Positions 24,171 to 36,290 of a DNA stretch of 64,000 bases are shown here, one piece after another (the stretch's first letter is position 1; each line of letters begins with the position of its first letter). Source of the stretch: Pavona decussata (lineage: Eukaryota); NCBI GenBank assembly GCA_977016875.1, contig CDRNST010000354.1, positions 1,178,001 to 1,242,000 on the forward strand. The letters are read 5' to 3'. The notes under the pieces were generated by a model. That model saw only the letters and a list, made by a program, of their open reading frames with translations. It did not search any database and was not told where the DNA came from. The position numbers and the translations under genes are program-made.

Positions 24171-25981
24171 ATGTCAAAGCAGACGAATATGAACAACTTT
24201 AAGGCCATGAATGTTGCGGAACTTAAAAAGTATTTGCAGGAACGCGGAGTTTCAGTGAGCGGGTATTTAAAATCTTCGCTGGTGGAAATTGCCTTTGCAC
24301 TTGAAAAAATGGTTTTGCCAGTGGATCCCAACTTCGAAAAAGATCAAACAAATGATGCAGATAATTTAATAATTCATGATATGCAAATTCCCAATCCACG
24401 TTTCCTGAAGACCGTGAACAACTTCAACTCGTCGCCGCCCTTTGGGTTGTACGATGTTTTTAACCACTTGGTTTACTACTCCACTGCCTACGACAAGCAA
24501 GGACTAGCCGCTTACAAGTCATTTGACGATTATCGCTTATTCAATGATGGTTATGTGGAATCCTTCCTTACTGCTCAGTTAAATCAAGAGGGTGTTCATG
24601 TATATGTAGCCAAAGTGTGACCATTCATGAAAATCAAAACATGAAGGAAAGGAGTATTACGATCTCTGGTTCATTCTTGGGGGTAAAGGTGCAAACCGAG
24701 GCAGTGTACTCCAGGCAAAATGCAAGTGTAAAGGCGGTCGGGATGGGGGATGTAAGCACATTGCGGCTGCCATGTACGCCTTAGAAGATTTATCAAATAC
24801 TCCTGGCAGCAGCAGTGTAACTAGTGGTGCATGCATCTGGACCAAGAGACAAAGAGCAAACACTCAAGCCTGCAAAGTGAAGGATTTGGTAATCGAGAAA
24901 GGCAAACAACCATCTTACAAAAAAGAAAACGTAAGCACACGTACGTTCAAAATATTGATGTGGATGTCCGTGCTCCTGAAGACACAAATCCACCAGATGA
25001 AAAGTACCTTAGAACATTTACCAAAAAGATGTGCCAACTAAATACTTATAAACCTGTTATCTTGCCCTTATTCAAAAAACTTTATTTCGCTCCAGAAGTA
25101 GATACAGATTTCAATGACGAACCTGCTGATTCATCTGGCAATAAGCCTGAGACTGGGATTATGAATACTAAATTGCAAGAGATTTTAAATAAATGATCCC
25201 AGTATTTCAACTGAAGAACTATTGAGGTCGTTATCATTCAGTGATACAGAAAGGGAGTATGTTGAGAGTACCACCTCAAAGCCGTGGCAATGTGAGGAAT
25301 GGTATCTACAGAAGGCAGGCTTCATAACAGCTTTAAAGTGCAAAAGAGTCTTCACCCGCCAGGAGGCACTCGAGAAAAATAACGCTGAAAATGCCACAAA
25401 GTTGGTAGAAGCTATTGGCCAAGACACCTCACAAACATTCAAAAAAGCAACATGAAATGGAACCACAAAATGCCAGGGAGTGGGGCTTATTTCATGAAGA
25501 AAGTGCTCGCAAGGCATATCAGCATGTTACCAGCCATACCCACTACAAGCTGGAACTACTCTCGAAAGGTTTTCTAATTTCAAAGTCAAAGCCTTTCCTT
25601 GGGGCAAGTCTCGATAATATTCAGAAATGCCAGTGTTCCAATGATTGCCCAGACAGAGTTATAGAATACAAATGCCCCTGGAAACACAGAGATCTTGACC
25701 CGAAACAAGCTTTCCTAACCCCAGAAATTGGTGGCATTAAAAATGGAAATTCATTTGCATTGAAGTCTACTTCACAGTACTACTTCCAAGTTCAGCTTCA
25801 AATGTTTGTCAGTGAGCTGACCTTGTGTAACTTTTGTTTTGTGGACCAAGAAAGGAATCTAACTGTTGAGGTGCCCTACAACCCAAGCTTCATGTCCAAT
25901 GTATGTGTACAATTGGAGAAGTTTTGGACAAGTCAGGTTCTCCCTTTCAAGATGACTGAAGTTTCCGGGACAGTATTGCCG
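24171..25981 (+). pseudogene. SAP-like + SWIM + YqaJ (lambda-exonuclease) protein of an ISL2EU-like transposon, frameshifted
   Basis: MNVAELKKYLQERGV (SAP-like); CKCKGGRDGGCKHIAA (SWIM); WGLFHEESA..PFLGASLD..IEYKCP..YYFQVQLQM (YqaJ). Confidence 0.85.
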
Positions 25982-26199
25982 GGTACAGAGGTCTACTGTA
26001 CATACATATATATATGTATAGCCTTGTATCTAATGATACATAGGAACTAACTATACAAACAGACAGAAGAAGATTACACATGAGCTACACGCGTACAGGC
26101 CTAGTTAGGCTTAGGTTTCCAAATTATATGTGAAGTTTTGGTTTACTTGATATTTTGAAATTGATAATATCCCGTTAGAAAAATACTGGTTTACATATA

Positions 26200-27209
26200 T
26201 GTTGGGGGTTCTTGTAGAATCATCACATGCTGTGCAAGAGGAATGCTCTTCTCAGCACACCATCTCACAACAGACCATCAGCTCTCCACAACAGCCTAGT
26301 TGTTATTCAGAAGTTTTGAGTACTTCACAAGGGACCAGCCCTAAAGCAGATGCCAGCACTTCACTAGACACCAGCTGTCCTAGGGAATCAGATTTTTGTG
26401 AAGTTATAGATTTGTCAAGCTCACAGTACAGTACCCCTACTACACCTTCAGACAGTGTGACACTTTCTAGGTTTCAAATCTACAAGGCGGATGTGCAAAC
26501 TGTTCAACCAAAGGCCATGATCACTGACACAATAGTTTTGTTTTTGATCAATTAAGTAATGGTTCATACTGCACGTATGTCTGGTTGCTTGCAGTTTAGA
26601 TAGTTGCGCCTATTTGTTACACAATGGCATGGCCATATCATTGCATAAAGTAATGTATATGTTCTTTTTGTGGTTTCAGGCAACTACCTCAGTGTATATA
26701 TCCCATTGTCAGTACCTATTTCTATACCACTTTATGTGGGGAACAAGATGTTGGTCAAGTAACCTCAAGGTAGACAGATTTAAAATATACTTAAAGTTTA
26801 AACAGCACATATTTCAATAAAAAGTATGCATACATATAAAATTATTATGCCATGATGTGACAATTAATATATGCATACAAATGTTATTTATAAAGTAACA
26901 ATAATATTCTCTATTATGAGTTTCCATAACAGTCTATGAATTAGCCATCTAATTTTTTTATTTTTTTATTTTTAGAATGGTTCGGTTAACAGCAGCAGAG
27001 AAGTTTTTTAAGACGAACCTACTGGACAGTGAATATGTGTTCATTCCGATCAATAGAAGGTCAGAAATAATGGTTACAGTGTTATTCCAAATGTAATGCA
27101 AAATAAAATATGTTCTTATACTGTACCTTCAACTGTCATTTTGAAACTGAAATAATTTTCAACATTTTTTTTCCAGTTTTCACTGGCTCTTGGCTATCTT
27201 AACCCCATG
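26200..27209 (+). pseudogene. Ulp1/SENP (C48) SUMO-protease-like exons
   Basis: MITDTIVLFLI, IVSTYFYTTL (~26705), exon ~26976-27059 LLDSEYVFIPINR spliced to 27177-27209 FHWLLAIL (catalytic His motif). The Cys-bearing exon was not found. Confidence 0.65.
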
Positions 27210-27934
27210 GTAAGCATTCGAAGAATACAATAATTATTATTGCAAAGGAAGAAGCGTTTGATTTGTTTATTTAAACGATGGCTGGTTCTTAAGTCTATAC
27301 CTAAAGTGTTTCGTGTATATACTGGAATTTACACTGTAAATGCGTGCGTTGCATGCCAAGAATGCAGAATCAGTAATTCACCGGAACTGGGATGGGGACA
27401 GTCCAACTTGTGCAAGGCACAGTTTTCTTTTCTACCCCTCTTCAGAGCAAAGGACCAGACTTTGTGCAGGTAATATACATACTATTCCTACTTCTGACTG
27501 AAGAATCATTTTTTTACACCACATTATCTTTGAGTTGCATAATCATGGAAAAAATGCTGGTTTCCATGAGTACAAAAGAATCATGAAACTTGCTCTGGCC
27601 ACTTCAAAATCAGTCTTGTGATTAAATGAACTTTACAAGACCTTTGCCCTCTGTCTCATAAGACCTGCTTATTATAGGATGGCTGCAATTACACTGAGCA
27701 TTTTGAAAAGCATGTAAATCAGAATAGATGTGTATGTTTCCCTTTGCAATTGTGGACTTATAGGCGTATATAATGACCACAAACCAGTGAAAAGTGGTGA
27801 AACAGGAAACACCAGTAAGCAATTGGACACTTTTTTGAAGTTGTCGACAGTTGAGCATCATGGTAGGTTTACAGAAATTTGAAACCTGAATCAGTGATTT
27901 TGGCTATGGAACATTCAGCAGAGAAAAAATAATA

Positions 27935-28094
27935 CAGTCGACTCCCGATAACTCGAACCCTCCCTAACTCGAACCTCGCGCTAAATCGAACCAATTTTCC
28001 TTTCCTTTCAGGTCATTTTTTATATAATTTTACCCTCGATAACTCGAACCTTTTTCCATTTACCTTGAAGGTTCGAGTTATCAGGAGTCGACTG
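27935..28094. mobile_element. Tc1/mariner (pogo/Tigger-like) MITE, copy 1
   Basis: TA|CAGTCGACTCCCGATAACTCGAACC ... GGTTCGAGTTATCAGGAGTCGACTG|TA. Confidence 0.85.
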
Positions 28095-28589
28095 TATGTG
28101 TTGTGTGTTTTAAATTGTAATGGTCAACAGAGCTCTTGAAAGTGGGCTTAGGACTAATAAAAACGTTTTTTTCCTCAGCTAAAATTGGAGATGACCACAA
28201 ACAAGTGGACGTCAGCAAGCAGCTTAAAACTGTGTTGACGTCAGCTGAGCATCATGGTGAGTATACAGAAATGTGAAACCTGAATCAATGATTCTGTTCA
28301 TGAAACAATCAGCAGAGATTGTACTTGGAGAAAAATAGGATGTATTTTCAATCTCAATGGCCAATGGAGCTCTTGAAAGTCGTCTTAGAAGTAATGAAAT
28401 TTTTATTTGCCCTAGCTGAAACTAGAGATGACCACAAACAAGTGATAAGTGGTGAAACAGGAAACACCAGTGAGCAATGGGACACTTTTTTGAAGGTGGC
28501 GACAGTTGAGCATCATGGTAGGTTTACAGAAATTTGAAACCTGAATCAGTGATTTTGGCTATGGAACATTCAGCAGAGAAAAAATAATA

Positions 28590-28749
28590 CAGTCGACTCC
28601 CGATAACTCGAACCCTCCCTAACTCGAACCTTGCGCTAAATCGAACTAATTTTCCTTTCCTTTTAAGTGATTTTTTATATAATTTTACCCTCGATAACTC
28701 GAACCTTTTTCCATTTACCTTGAAGGTTCGAGTTATCAGGAGTCGACTG
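28590..28749. mobile_element. Tc1/mariner (pogo/Tigger-like) MITE, copy 2
   Basis: Same TIRs and TA TSD at the homologous intron position, 655 bp downstream of copy 1. Confidence 0.85.
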
Positions 28750-30206
28750 TATGTGTTGTGTGTTTTAAATTGTGATGGTCAACAGAGCTCTTGAAAGTGG
28801 GCTTAGGACTAATGACAACGTTTTTTTCCGGAGCTAAAATTGGAGATGACCACAAACAAGTGGACGTCAGCAAGCAGCTTAAAACTGTGTTGACGTCAGC
28901 TGAGCATCATGGTGAGTTTACAGAAATGTGAAACCTGAATCAATGATTCTGTTCATGAAACAATCAGCAGAGATTGTACTTGGAGAAAAATAGGATGTAT
29001 TTTCAATCTCAATGGCCAATGGAGCTCTTGAAAGTCGTCTTAGAAGTAATGAAATTTTTATTTGCCCTAGCTGAAACTAGAGATGACCACAAACAAGTGA
29101 AAAGTGCTGAAACAGGAAACACCAGTGAGCAATGGGACACTTTTTTGAAGGTGTCGACATTTGAGCATCATGGTAGGTTTACAGAAATTTGAAACCTGAA
29201 TCAGTGATTTTGGAAATGGAACATTCAGCAGAGAAAAAAAGTTTTGTGTGTTTTAAATTGTGATGGTCAACAGAGCTCTTGAAAGTGGGCTTAGGACTAA
29301 TGAAAATTTTTTTTTCCGCAGCTAAAATTGGAGATGACCACAAACAAGTGGACGTCAGCAAGCAGCTTGAAACTGTGTTGACATCAGCTGAGCATTATGG
29401 TGAGTTTACAGAAATATGAAACCTGAATCAATGATTCTGTTCATGAAACATACAGCAGAGATTGTGCTTAGAGCAAAATAGGATGTATTTTCAATCTCAG
29501 TGGCCAATGGAGCTCTTGAAAGTCATCTTAGAAGTAATGAAATTTTTATTTGCCCTAGCTGAAACTAGAGATGACCACAAACAAGTGGAAAGTGGCAAAT
29601 GTTCGATTTTTGGTCCCAGTTCAGTATAGTAATCAAATTATCCCCAGTTTGCCAGAAACCACTTGCAATGCAAACGATAATTCGCTAAGAAAGAAGCATG
29701 CCATGTCAAGTTTTTGTTCGAATAGTTCAATCAATTGTTCCATTAGTGCGGCCGGTATTGAGTAACATGCAATTTGTGATGCTGTTTCAAAAAGCCAGAG
29801 AAAACATGTCACTTCCATTGAGCGCACAAGGATTACAACACCGAGGCAAACTTGGTGATATATATAAAAACATATCCACATCCTAAGAATCTCAAATCAT
29901 ATTGCCCTCAGGAACAAGACACCCAACCTCGCCACAAACACAGCCTGAATTAGTTTGCTGCTCGCCTGGTGGCTCGCAGCAAAATTGTAGGGACTGCAGC
30001 CGAGTGCTTGGTTTCAGTTGAGGTTGGAAGTAATTCGCAATTCTGATGCATTGCTACGCTCAGTGTGGTCGGTTCACAATCTCCGGTCAATTTCTCAAAC
30101 AATTATAATTGTCATGCGACACTTAATGAACAAAAAATCTACATGCTTTTATTCAGAGAATCTTTCACTATTTACTAATGATTACTATTGTTATTCAATT
30201 CTGCCA

Positions 30207-30660
30207 GGTTGCATTACATAACCTCCACAAACTGCGGTCTTTGTCAAGGAAACATGACATAGTGTTTTGAAAACCGAGGACAAAAGTACCATTAGGTTGT
30301 TGACCTATATGACCGTTTGAAGCTGCCTGTACTCCCAAAGGTTGTCAGGGCTTTAAGGAAGGCCACGAAAGAGAGAGTGACATTGGTGGCCAACAGGAAA
30401 ACAGATGAGGCAAAACGAAAGCGGATATCTCACAAAGTTGCCCGTGCTGAGGACCAGGAGGAGCGTAAGAAACGGGTTAAACGGTAGGTGGTAATTCACA
30501 CCTATGGTGTAGAGGATGCAGGACGAAATGTAAGGGAGATGCAGAAGATGACCCCGGTTTGGTTCGAGATGCAGAAAATTTGCTCAGACATGATGGAAAT
30601 GTCGCTGTGGCTCTAAAAGTCATCAACACATATCCAGTCGCTCCTGCCCACAAAACAAAA
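30207..30660 (+). pseudogene. C-terminal exon of a Mutator-like/Kolobok-type transposase
   Basis: After CAG: LHYITSTNCGLCQGNMT*..VVDLYDRLKLP..KRKRI..HTYG, ending CRCGSKSH..SCP. Possibly the 3' part of the element starting at ~22594. Confidence 0.45.
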
Positions 30661-32004
30661 ACAGTGCGAAGTGACAGTTTTTTCAGTGTACTGATTTTTT
30701 CTAGGTGAAATGGAATGCGATCAATGTGAAATCAGATGGAACGTGTTGAAGCCATTAGCTCTCTCAAAATGTGTGGGTAGCTAGTTCTAGAACAAGGTGC
30801 ACGCCATTAGTTGATGCTTACTACCGGTTATCAGAGTGGAATCTAACTGGTCATTCGGTGTTATCATTGCAGCTTTCTACTCTTCTTATCTACTAATATT
30901 TTGAGAGAGCTGAGTGCAAAAAAAGACAACTTTATTGTACATAGCAAATTTATTTCGTTATACTCTACAGCCAGCTTGTTATGATACGCTATGGAAATAT
31001 TACTGTACCATCCATTTTCTTTTTTATCGGGTGAATTTCAAAATCAAGATGTAAATAATGTTTTCAACAAAGAAAGCCCTTCTGAAAATGAATATTTCAC
31101 TTGACATCATACAGAGGCCAAGTTTCAAATGACAAGAAAAAAAAACTGTTCCAAACAAACTTATAACCATCGTTGTGTTGTTCCAGGAAATGAATATGTC
31201 ATCTACAGATAGTCACTGAAAATTCTTGAGGGGGTTGGGTATGTTTTAAAAAGAAAGTATCAAGTTGAACCGAATATAAGGGAGTGTTTATATGCTGCTG
31301 GTATGACTTTTATACCAGCACGATACTGGTAGGATTTCTCCCAGTTCCCCTCATACTAATGCAAGTTCATCCCAGTTGCTGTGCTGGGTCAGTAGGACTG
31401 TACAAGAATGAAAGTCTTCACCCTATCAGTGGGATAAATAACAAAAACCTTCTGGAAGGGCATTTTACAGTTTCATGGAACAGCACACTGTATTTGTTCT
31501 TCACGTTGTGGAATGTTGGTTTATCTTCTAATTTTCTCTTTCATGCAAATCATTTTAGTAAATTCAAGAGACTGAAAATGTATACATTTTAAAGCAATTT
31601 GATTAGTGTGGTTATAAAGTAAATAAACTATTTTTGTGATTTTGACTTGGCTGCCTTCTTCGTTGTCTTGGGTGCTGCCTTTGTTGTCTTGGCTTCAGGC
31701 CACCTTGTGTTGGTTAGATCATGAAGTGTTACATGGTACACCTATGAAAAATGTTTTTTTCTTGTTGCCTTTTTTGGCTGTTTCTTAGCAAATTTTGTTT
31801 TCTCTATCCTACGTTGAACACTGCCCTTACAGATTCAGCTTTTGGACAGTTTGGTTTGGATAGCAGCGAAATAGTTTTGAGAAAGTGAAGTTAGTTTTCT
31901 GAGTGACATTTTGTTGGTGTTGCCTTTGTACATGTAGATCTATGCTCAAGTCCCTTATTATTATCAGAATATGGTACTTCTCACTGACTTCATTACGTCA
32001 AATT

Positions 32005-33358
32005 TTGCATCCCTTATTGTCTGACAAGTCATCAGAAGCCTTCTTAATGGCGTTTCGTCGATTCGTGTGTCTGCACGGCCATCCAAACGTCTGCTGGTCT
32101 AACTGTGGCTCCAACTTCATAAAAGAACAGGAATACCTGAAAGAAGTGATGCAAAACTGGAACATTCCCAAGATACAAAGCACCCTTTCAGAGGAATTTG
32201 CCTGTAATTTCGAGTGGCAGTGGAACACCCCACATGCAAGCCACTAGAACGGGGTTGTCGAGTCGCTTATCAAGTCTGTCAGACAAGCCCTCAACAGCGT
32301 GTGCCAGAACCAGGCGTTCACTGAAGAGCAGTGGAGGACATTCCTAGCTGAGACTGCCTACATGGTTAACAGCCGACCCCTCTACCCAAGCTCTGATGAC
32401 GTCTGAGAAGAACCACCCATTACATCGAACAACATCCTGATCGGACAACACAACCCTCCTCCCCAGCCAGAGCAAGAATCCAGAGTTAATTCAAGACATT
32501 TACTGAGGAGTGTCCAAAAGAAAGCTGGCGAATTTTGGGCTTGCTGGATGAAGTACTTTGCGCCAACGCTGCTGCCGCGGAACAAGTGGTTTAAAATGAG
32601 AGAGAACGTCGACATCATCGATTTAGTCCTCGAGCTTAATCCAAACCATAAGAGGTCTCAGTGGGAGATGGCGCTGATCGTCGACACCTACCCTGGCAAG
32701 GATGGATTGGTCAGGAAGGCGCGCATTAGGACCCAGAATGGCGTATATGACCGCCCTATCCACAGATTATGCGTTATTGCGATGAAGCAAGAACTTAGTG
32801 GAAATGAATAATATAAAAACTATATTACTCAAGAACGCTGAACTTTTTATAAGATATAGTTGAGTTTAACTTCGTGCTAATTTGATCACTGCTCAATTAG
32901 GGCCCTAATTTCCACACTGGGGCCGAGTGATCTGCACTTCGTTGAAAGCTGTTTTTAATTTTAGTCTTTTTATTACATTGTTTTTCCTTAGCGTGCAATA
33001 AGACCTGTCACATGAGATTCCCGCCATTTTTATCATATTTAGCCAATCATATTATAGCTCGCTTGTGGACTAGCCTGATCAAAATGATTGAACGAACAGG
33101 GAGAGAAAGAATCCTGTTATTGAAAACAGCATGTTCGTGACTTTTACAAAGGAAAAATAACCTGCCTTAAGCGGGATTACGCCTTACAGAATTGTAAGTA
33201 TATCAACATTATAGAGAAACTTTGCTGTTGAAGTTTAGTTTTCAAGTGGAACTAATTTTTGAAGAATCATAGTTGGTCAGCTGACATGTATCATTTACTT
33301 TCAGTTGACTAGGTAGCTTGTGCAAAGTGGAAATTGCGCGTTAAACTAGTTCAAAACA
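32005..33358 (+). mobile_element. BEL/Pao integrase C-terminus (DUF5641) plus putative 3' LTR (~32928-33358)
   Basis: FLMAFRRF..WSNCGSNF..WQWNTPHASH*NGVVESLIKSVR..VNSRPL..FWACW..RNKW..PGKDGLVR..RPIHRLC. LTR limits (TG..CA) are tentative. Confidence 0.85.
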
Positions 33359-33419
33359 ACTGGTAGATCCTGTGGACATTATTTTCCTGGTGTCTTCAAA
33401 CCGAGTAGCACGCTAACCC

Positions 33420-34557
33420 GCGGTGCGAAACAATTTTTCCTTCCTTTGGTGAGGAATCTGTGTCGCCATTGGATTCTCTTGAATCAGCATACGAGATTTG
33501 CTTGATGAAGGCGAATTACTTGCAGTGGATTCGCTGCATGACTGAAGCACCCCTGGCATCTTGAGCTGAAAACCTCTTCAAACACATCAAAGAAGGGACT
33601 GGTTGGTCTTTGCATCTTTGTAAGCCTGCTTCAAGTTTGGTAGTTTGTCTTTACATTACTTCATTGTTTGAAAAGAGCGTGCCTTGTTGACCACTTGAAC
33701 AATCTTCTGCCAGGCCTCCAAACGTCTACTAATTTCCACTTCTTCCACCCTTTCCTTCCACTCCTCAACAAGCACCGAAGCCTGAGTATCGGACCACTTG
33801 GTTTGGCTTGCTTTCACATCATTTTCTTTGCTTTGGCTGAGCAGTACACACTGCTCTTGAGCTGAGCTGCGGATCCTTTGTACTTTTATTTACTCTGGGG
33901 TTAGATTTCAGGCAAGCACGTGGTTACACACTTGATTGGTCACACCAAATATCGTGCTTGAAAAATGACATGTCAAGCAACATTCTAACAGGAATCTGAC
34001 CGCACTGCCTTCAAGGAAGCCTGCTAAAGGTTTGGTCAGTCCTTTCTTCTGAGGAACCTGGAAGATATTCTCCATGGAAATATATCCCTCTTTTGGCACC
34101 CTCGAAATTACCATTCATGAGTTCCAAAGGTCGATGACAAATTCTACAATACTGGGACACTCGTTCGCTTTTTCGCTTCCTTCCTTGCTTATTTTGAGCC
34201 ACCTTCTTTTCGGTGTTTCCAGACTCACAAGGAAACCATCGTTCTCATACCAGCGATTACAATAACAAAACTTGAAATCCTCACCAAACAAAACAGTAGC
34301 GGATGAACAGACATGTTTGTTTACAGAAATAGACACGAGAAATTGCCGTGAAATGGTATCACTTGTCAAAGTGGGAGGGGCTGTCAATTAAAAAGGCATC
34401 AAAAGCGGCAAATCGCCAGATCAAAGATCCCATCAGTCTCTTATTTTTTCTTTGCTTGGGCTTCGCCCTCGTTCCTCACAGCTTTGCCGCTCGGTTCTCA
34501 TGCGTTACTGCATTTTACCGTGACGCAAAAGAAAAATAAGAGACTGCCTGCAGTCTA
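33420..34557 (-). mobile_element. Academ-like terminus with decayed ZAD-like N-terminal coding region
   Basis: Terminus GAGACTGCCTGCAGTCTA (to 34557) with an inverted partner at ~34435. Minus-strand SQYCRICH..ISMENIF. Confidence 0.4.
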
Positions 34558-34568
34558 ATTTTTTTAGG

Positions 34569-36290
34569 GTTGATGCGAACAGTCCAGACTACATATACAA
34601 CCACCCCAAATTTATTGTATTTTCCTGTAATTTTGTTTTAACTGCAAAGCGGAAAACCCAGAAGTGTCCATGGGAAAAAATGGCACCATGGTGACAGTAA
34701 AGCAATAGTGTGCCAAATGTATCAAAGGATGTATTTGGAGTTCCCAAACTTACATGCCAAATGGTAAATACCCTACTGGCAATATGTTGCTGAGTTTGGC
34801 TGGTGCCTCCATCAGTAAGATCTTGCTAGTGTTTTTTCACCTAGGGCTGGCCTGCTACTTGTCACATACCTTCTTTGCACATCACTGGTCATTTCTTTTC
34901 CCGACTGTGATCCACCACTGGGAGTCATACAGAACTGGCTTCACCACTAAGTTGAAGACCATGAATAATGCTGTGTGGTCTGGAGATGGACAGTTTGACT
35001 CATTGGGGCATGCAGCGAGGTACAGATTCTACACAATGCTTTGTACAGCCATAATGAAAGTTGTACATTTTGAGGTAGTTCAGGTATGAAAACAACATCT
35101 ACATTGTGACTAGGTGTATATGTATGTTTCTTCCAACTCTTTTTCCAGGCAAAGGCATGATTTTATTATACTGAAAAATTGCTCCGCCAGCATGATTTGG
35201 GGTGCCATCTACGTGTTAGATTTGCAGGGGCGAGTAAGAAGGTACATAGATAGTACATGTTCTTCAACAACTCTAGTTCAGTGCCAGTATTCTGCAAGTG
35301 TGATGTCCACTGTAAAAATGAAATAGGAAAAGACTTAAAAATAATAAAAAGTGACGTAAAACTGGATATAAGAACTGAAAGGTTGCTTCATTTCAACATT
35401 CAAAGCGATATTCATGTACAATCTTTGTTCCTAAAAATATTTCTAATCGAAACCATCCTTCACAATGAATCTCTATATCTATTTTAAATAGGCAAAGGAG
35501 GCTGGGGGTAGTCAACGGAGAGAACTGGAAGGAGCAAACCGGTGTTTTGACTTTCTGGAGCGGTTCTGTTTGACCATCAGCATCTTTAACTCTGACCACC
35601 ATAGAGGGATTGCTAAGTGGATATTACGACATTTGGCATGTGGCGAGGTCCATCAGAAAGAAGATGCACAGAAGGGGGTCCAAATGATAGGGTAGAGTAA
35701 AATAATCTCCATTTAGCAACTCAGGAACTTATTTTTGTTGGTTTCAATGCACTAGCCAGTTAAGAAATTGCACCATGGTAGACCACATGCACCATTCGTA
35801 CCAGTCCTATGCATTGTGGCAACAATAGAAGTGCAGCTACTGCTGCTGAAGGAAAAACTGAAAAATGTGCTCACAAGCAAATTGCTGTTGAGGGATATTG
35901 AAAACCTCTCCCCAGATGCTAAGACAAGTTGTTTGGAGGGATTTCTCGCCACCCTCAACAACTGGCATCCGAAAATGATTGGTTTCTCTTGGATGGGAAC
36001 TGTTTGCAGGTATGTGAGAATTGTATGGGGCATGACATACATACACGTACTAACATAAATTTCAGATGTGTGATGATCTTCCAAAACCTTCTTCTTTCTT
36101 GGTATAATTAATCCTTTTGCTCAACATTCTATCTTTCAAGGAACATCCTTGCAAGCCTCCATTTCAATGAGAATATCCACAGAGACACTCAGTTGTCCAA
36201 GGATGGAGAGAAGTTCTTCAGAATAACATACCCCAAATTTAAACTTGGCGAGGAGGTTGTTAGAGAAGTGCCTTCACCACCTACATATGG
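34569..36290 (+). pseudogene. Kolobok DDE transposase B (multi-exon, decayed)
   Basis: PKFIVF, GNMLLS, WSGDGQFDSLGHAARY, NSDHHRGIAKWI, DIWHVARSI, LSPDAKTSCLEGF..WHPKM, LASLHFNEN..YPKFKLGE..PTY. Confidence 0.82.

Larger units (their letters stand above)
27764..29600 (+). repeat. Higher-order tandem array of alternating 78-nt and 99/102-nt phase-1 exons with homologous introns
   Basis: Exons 27764-27862, 28179-28256, 28416-28517, 28834-28911, 29071-29172, 29322-29399, and a partial one from 29559. Period is 655 bp with the MITE and 488 bp without. Confidence 0.85.

Noticed and set aside
28319-29192. Duplicated 72-aa ORFs as real genes
   Set aside because: They are read-throughs of intron sequence into the type-B exons of the tandem array.
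27764-29600. CRISPR-like repeat/spacer array
   Set aside because: The intervening sequences are themselves repeated, units are hundreds of bp, there are no cas genes, and the context is eukaryotic.
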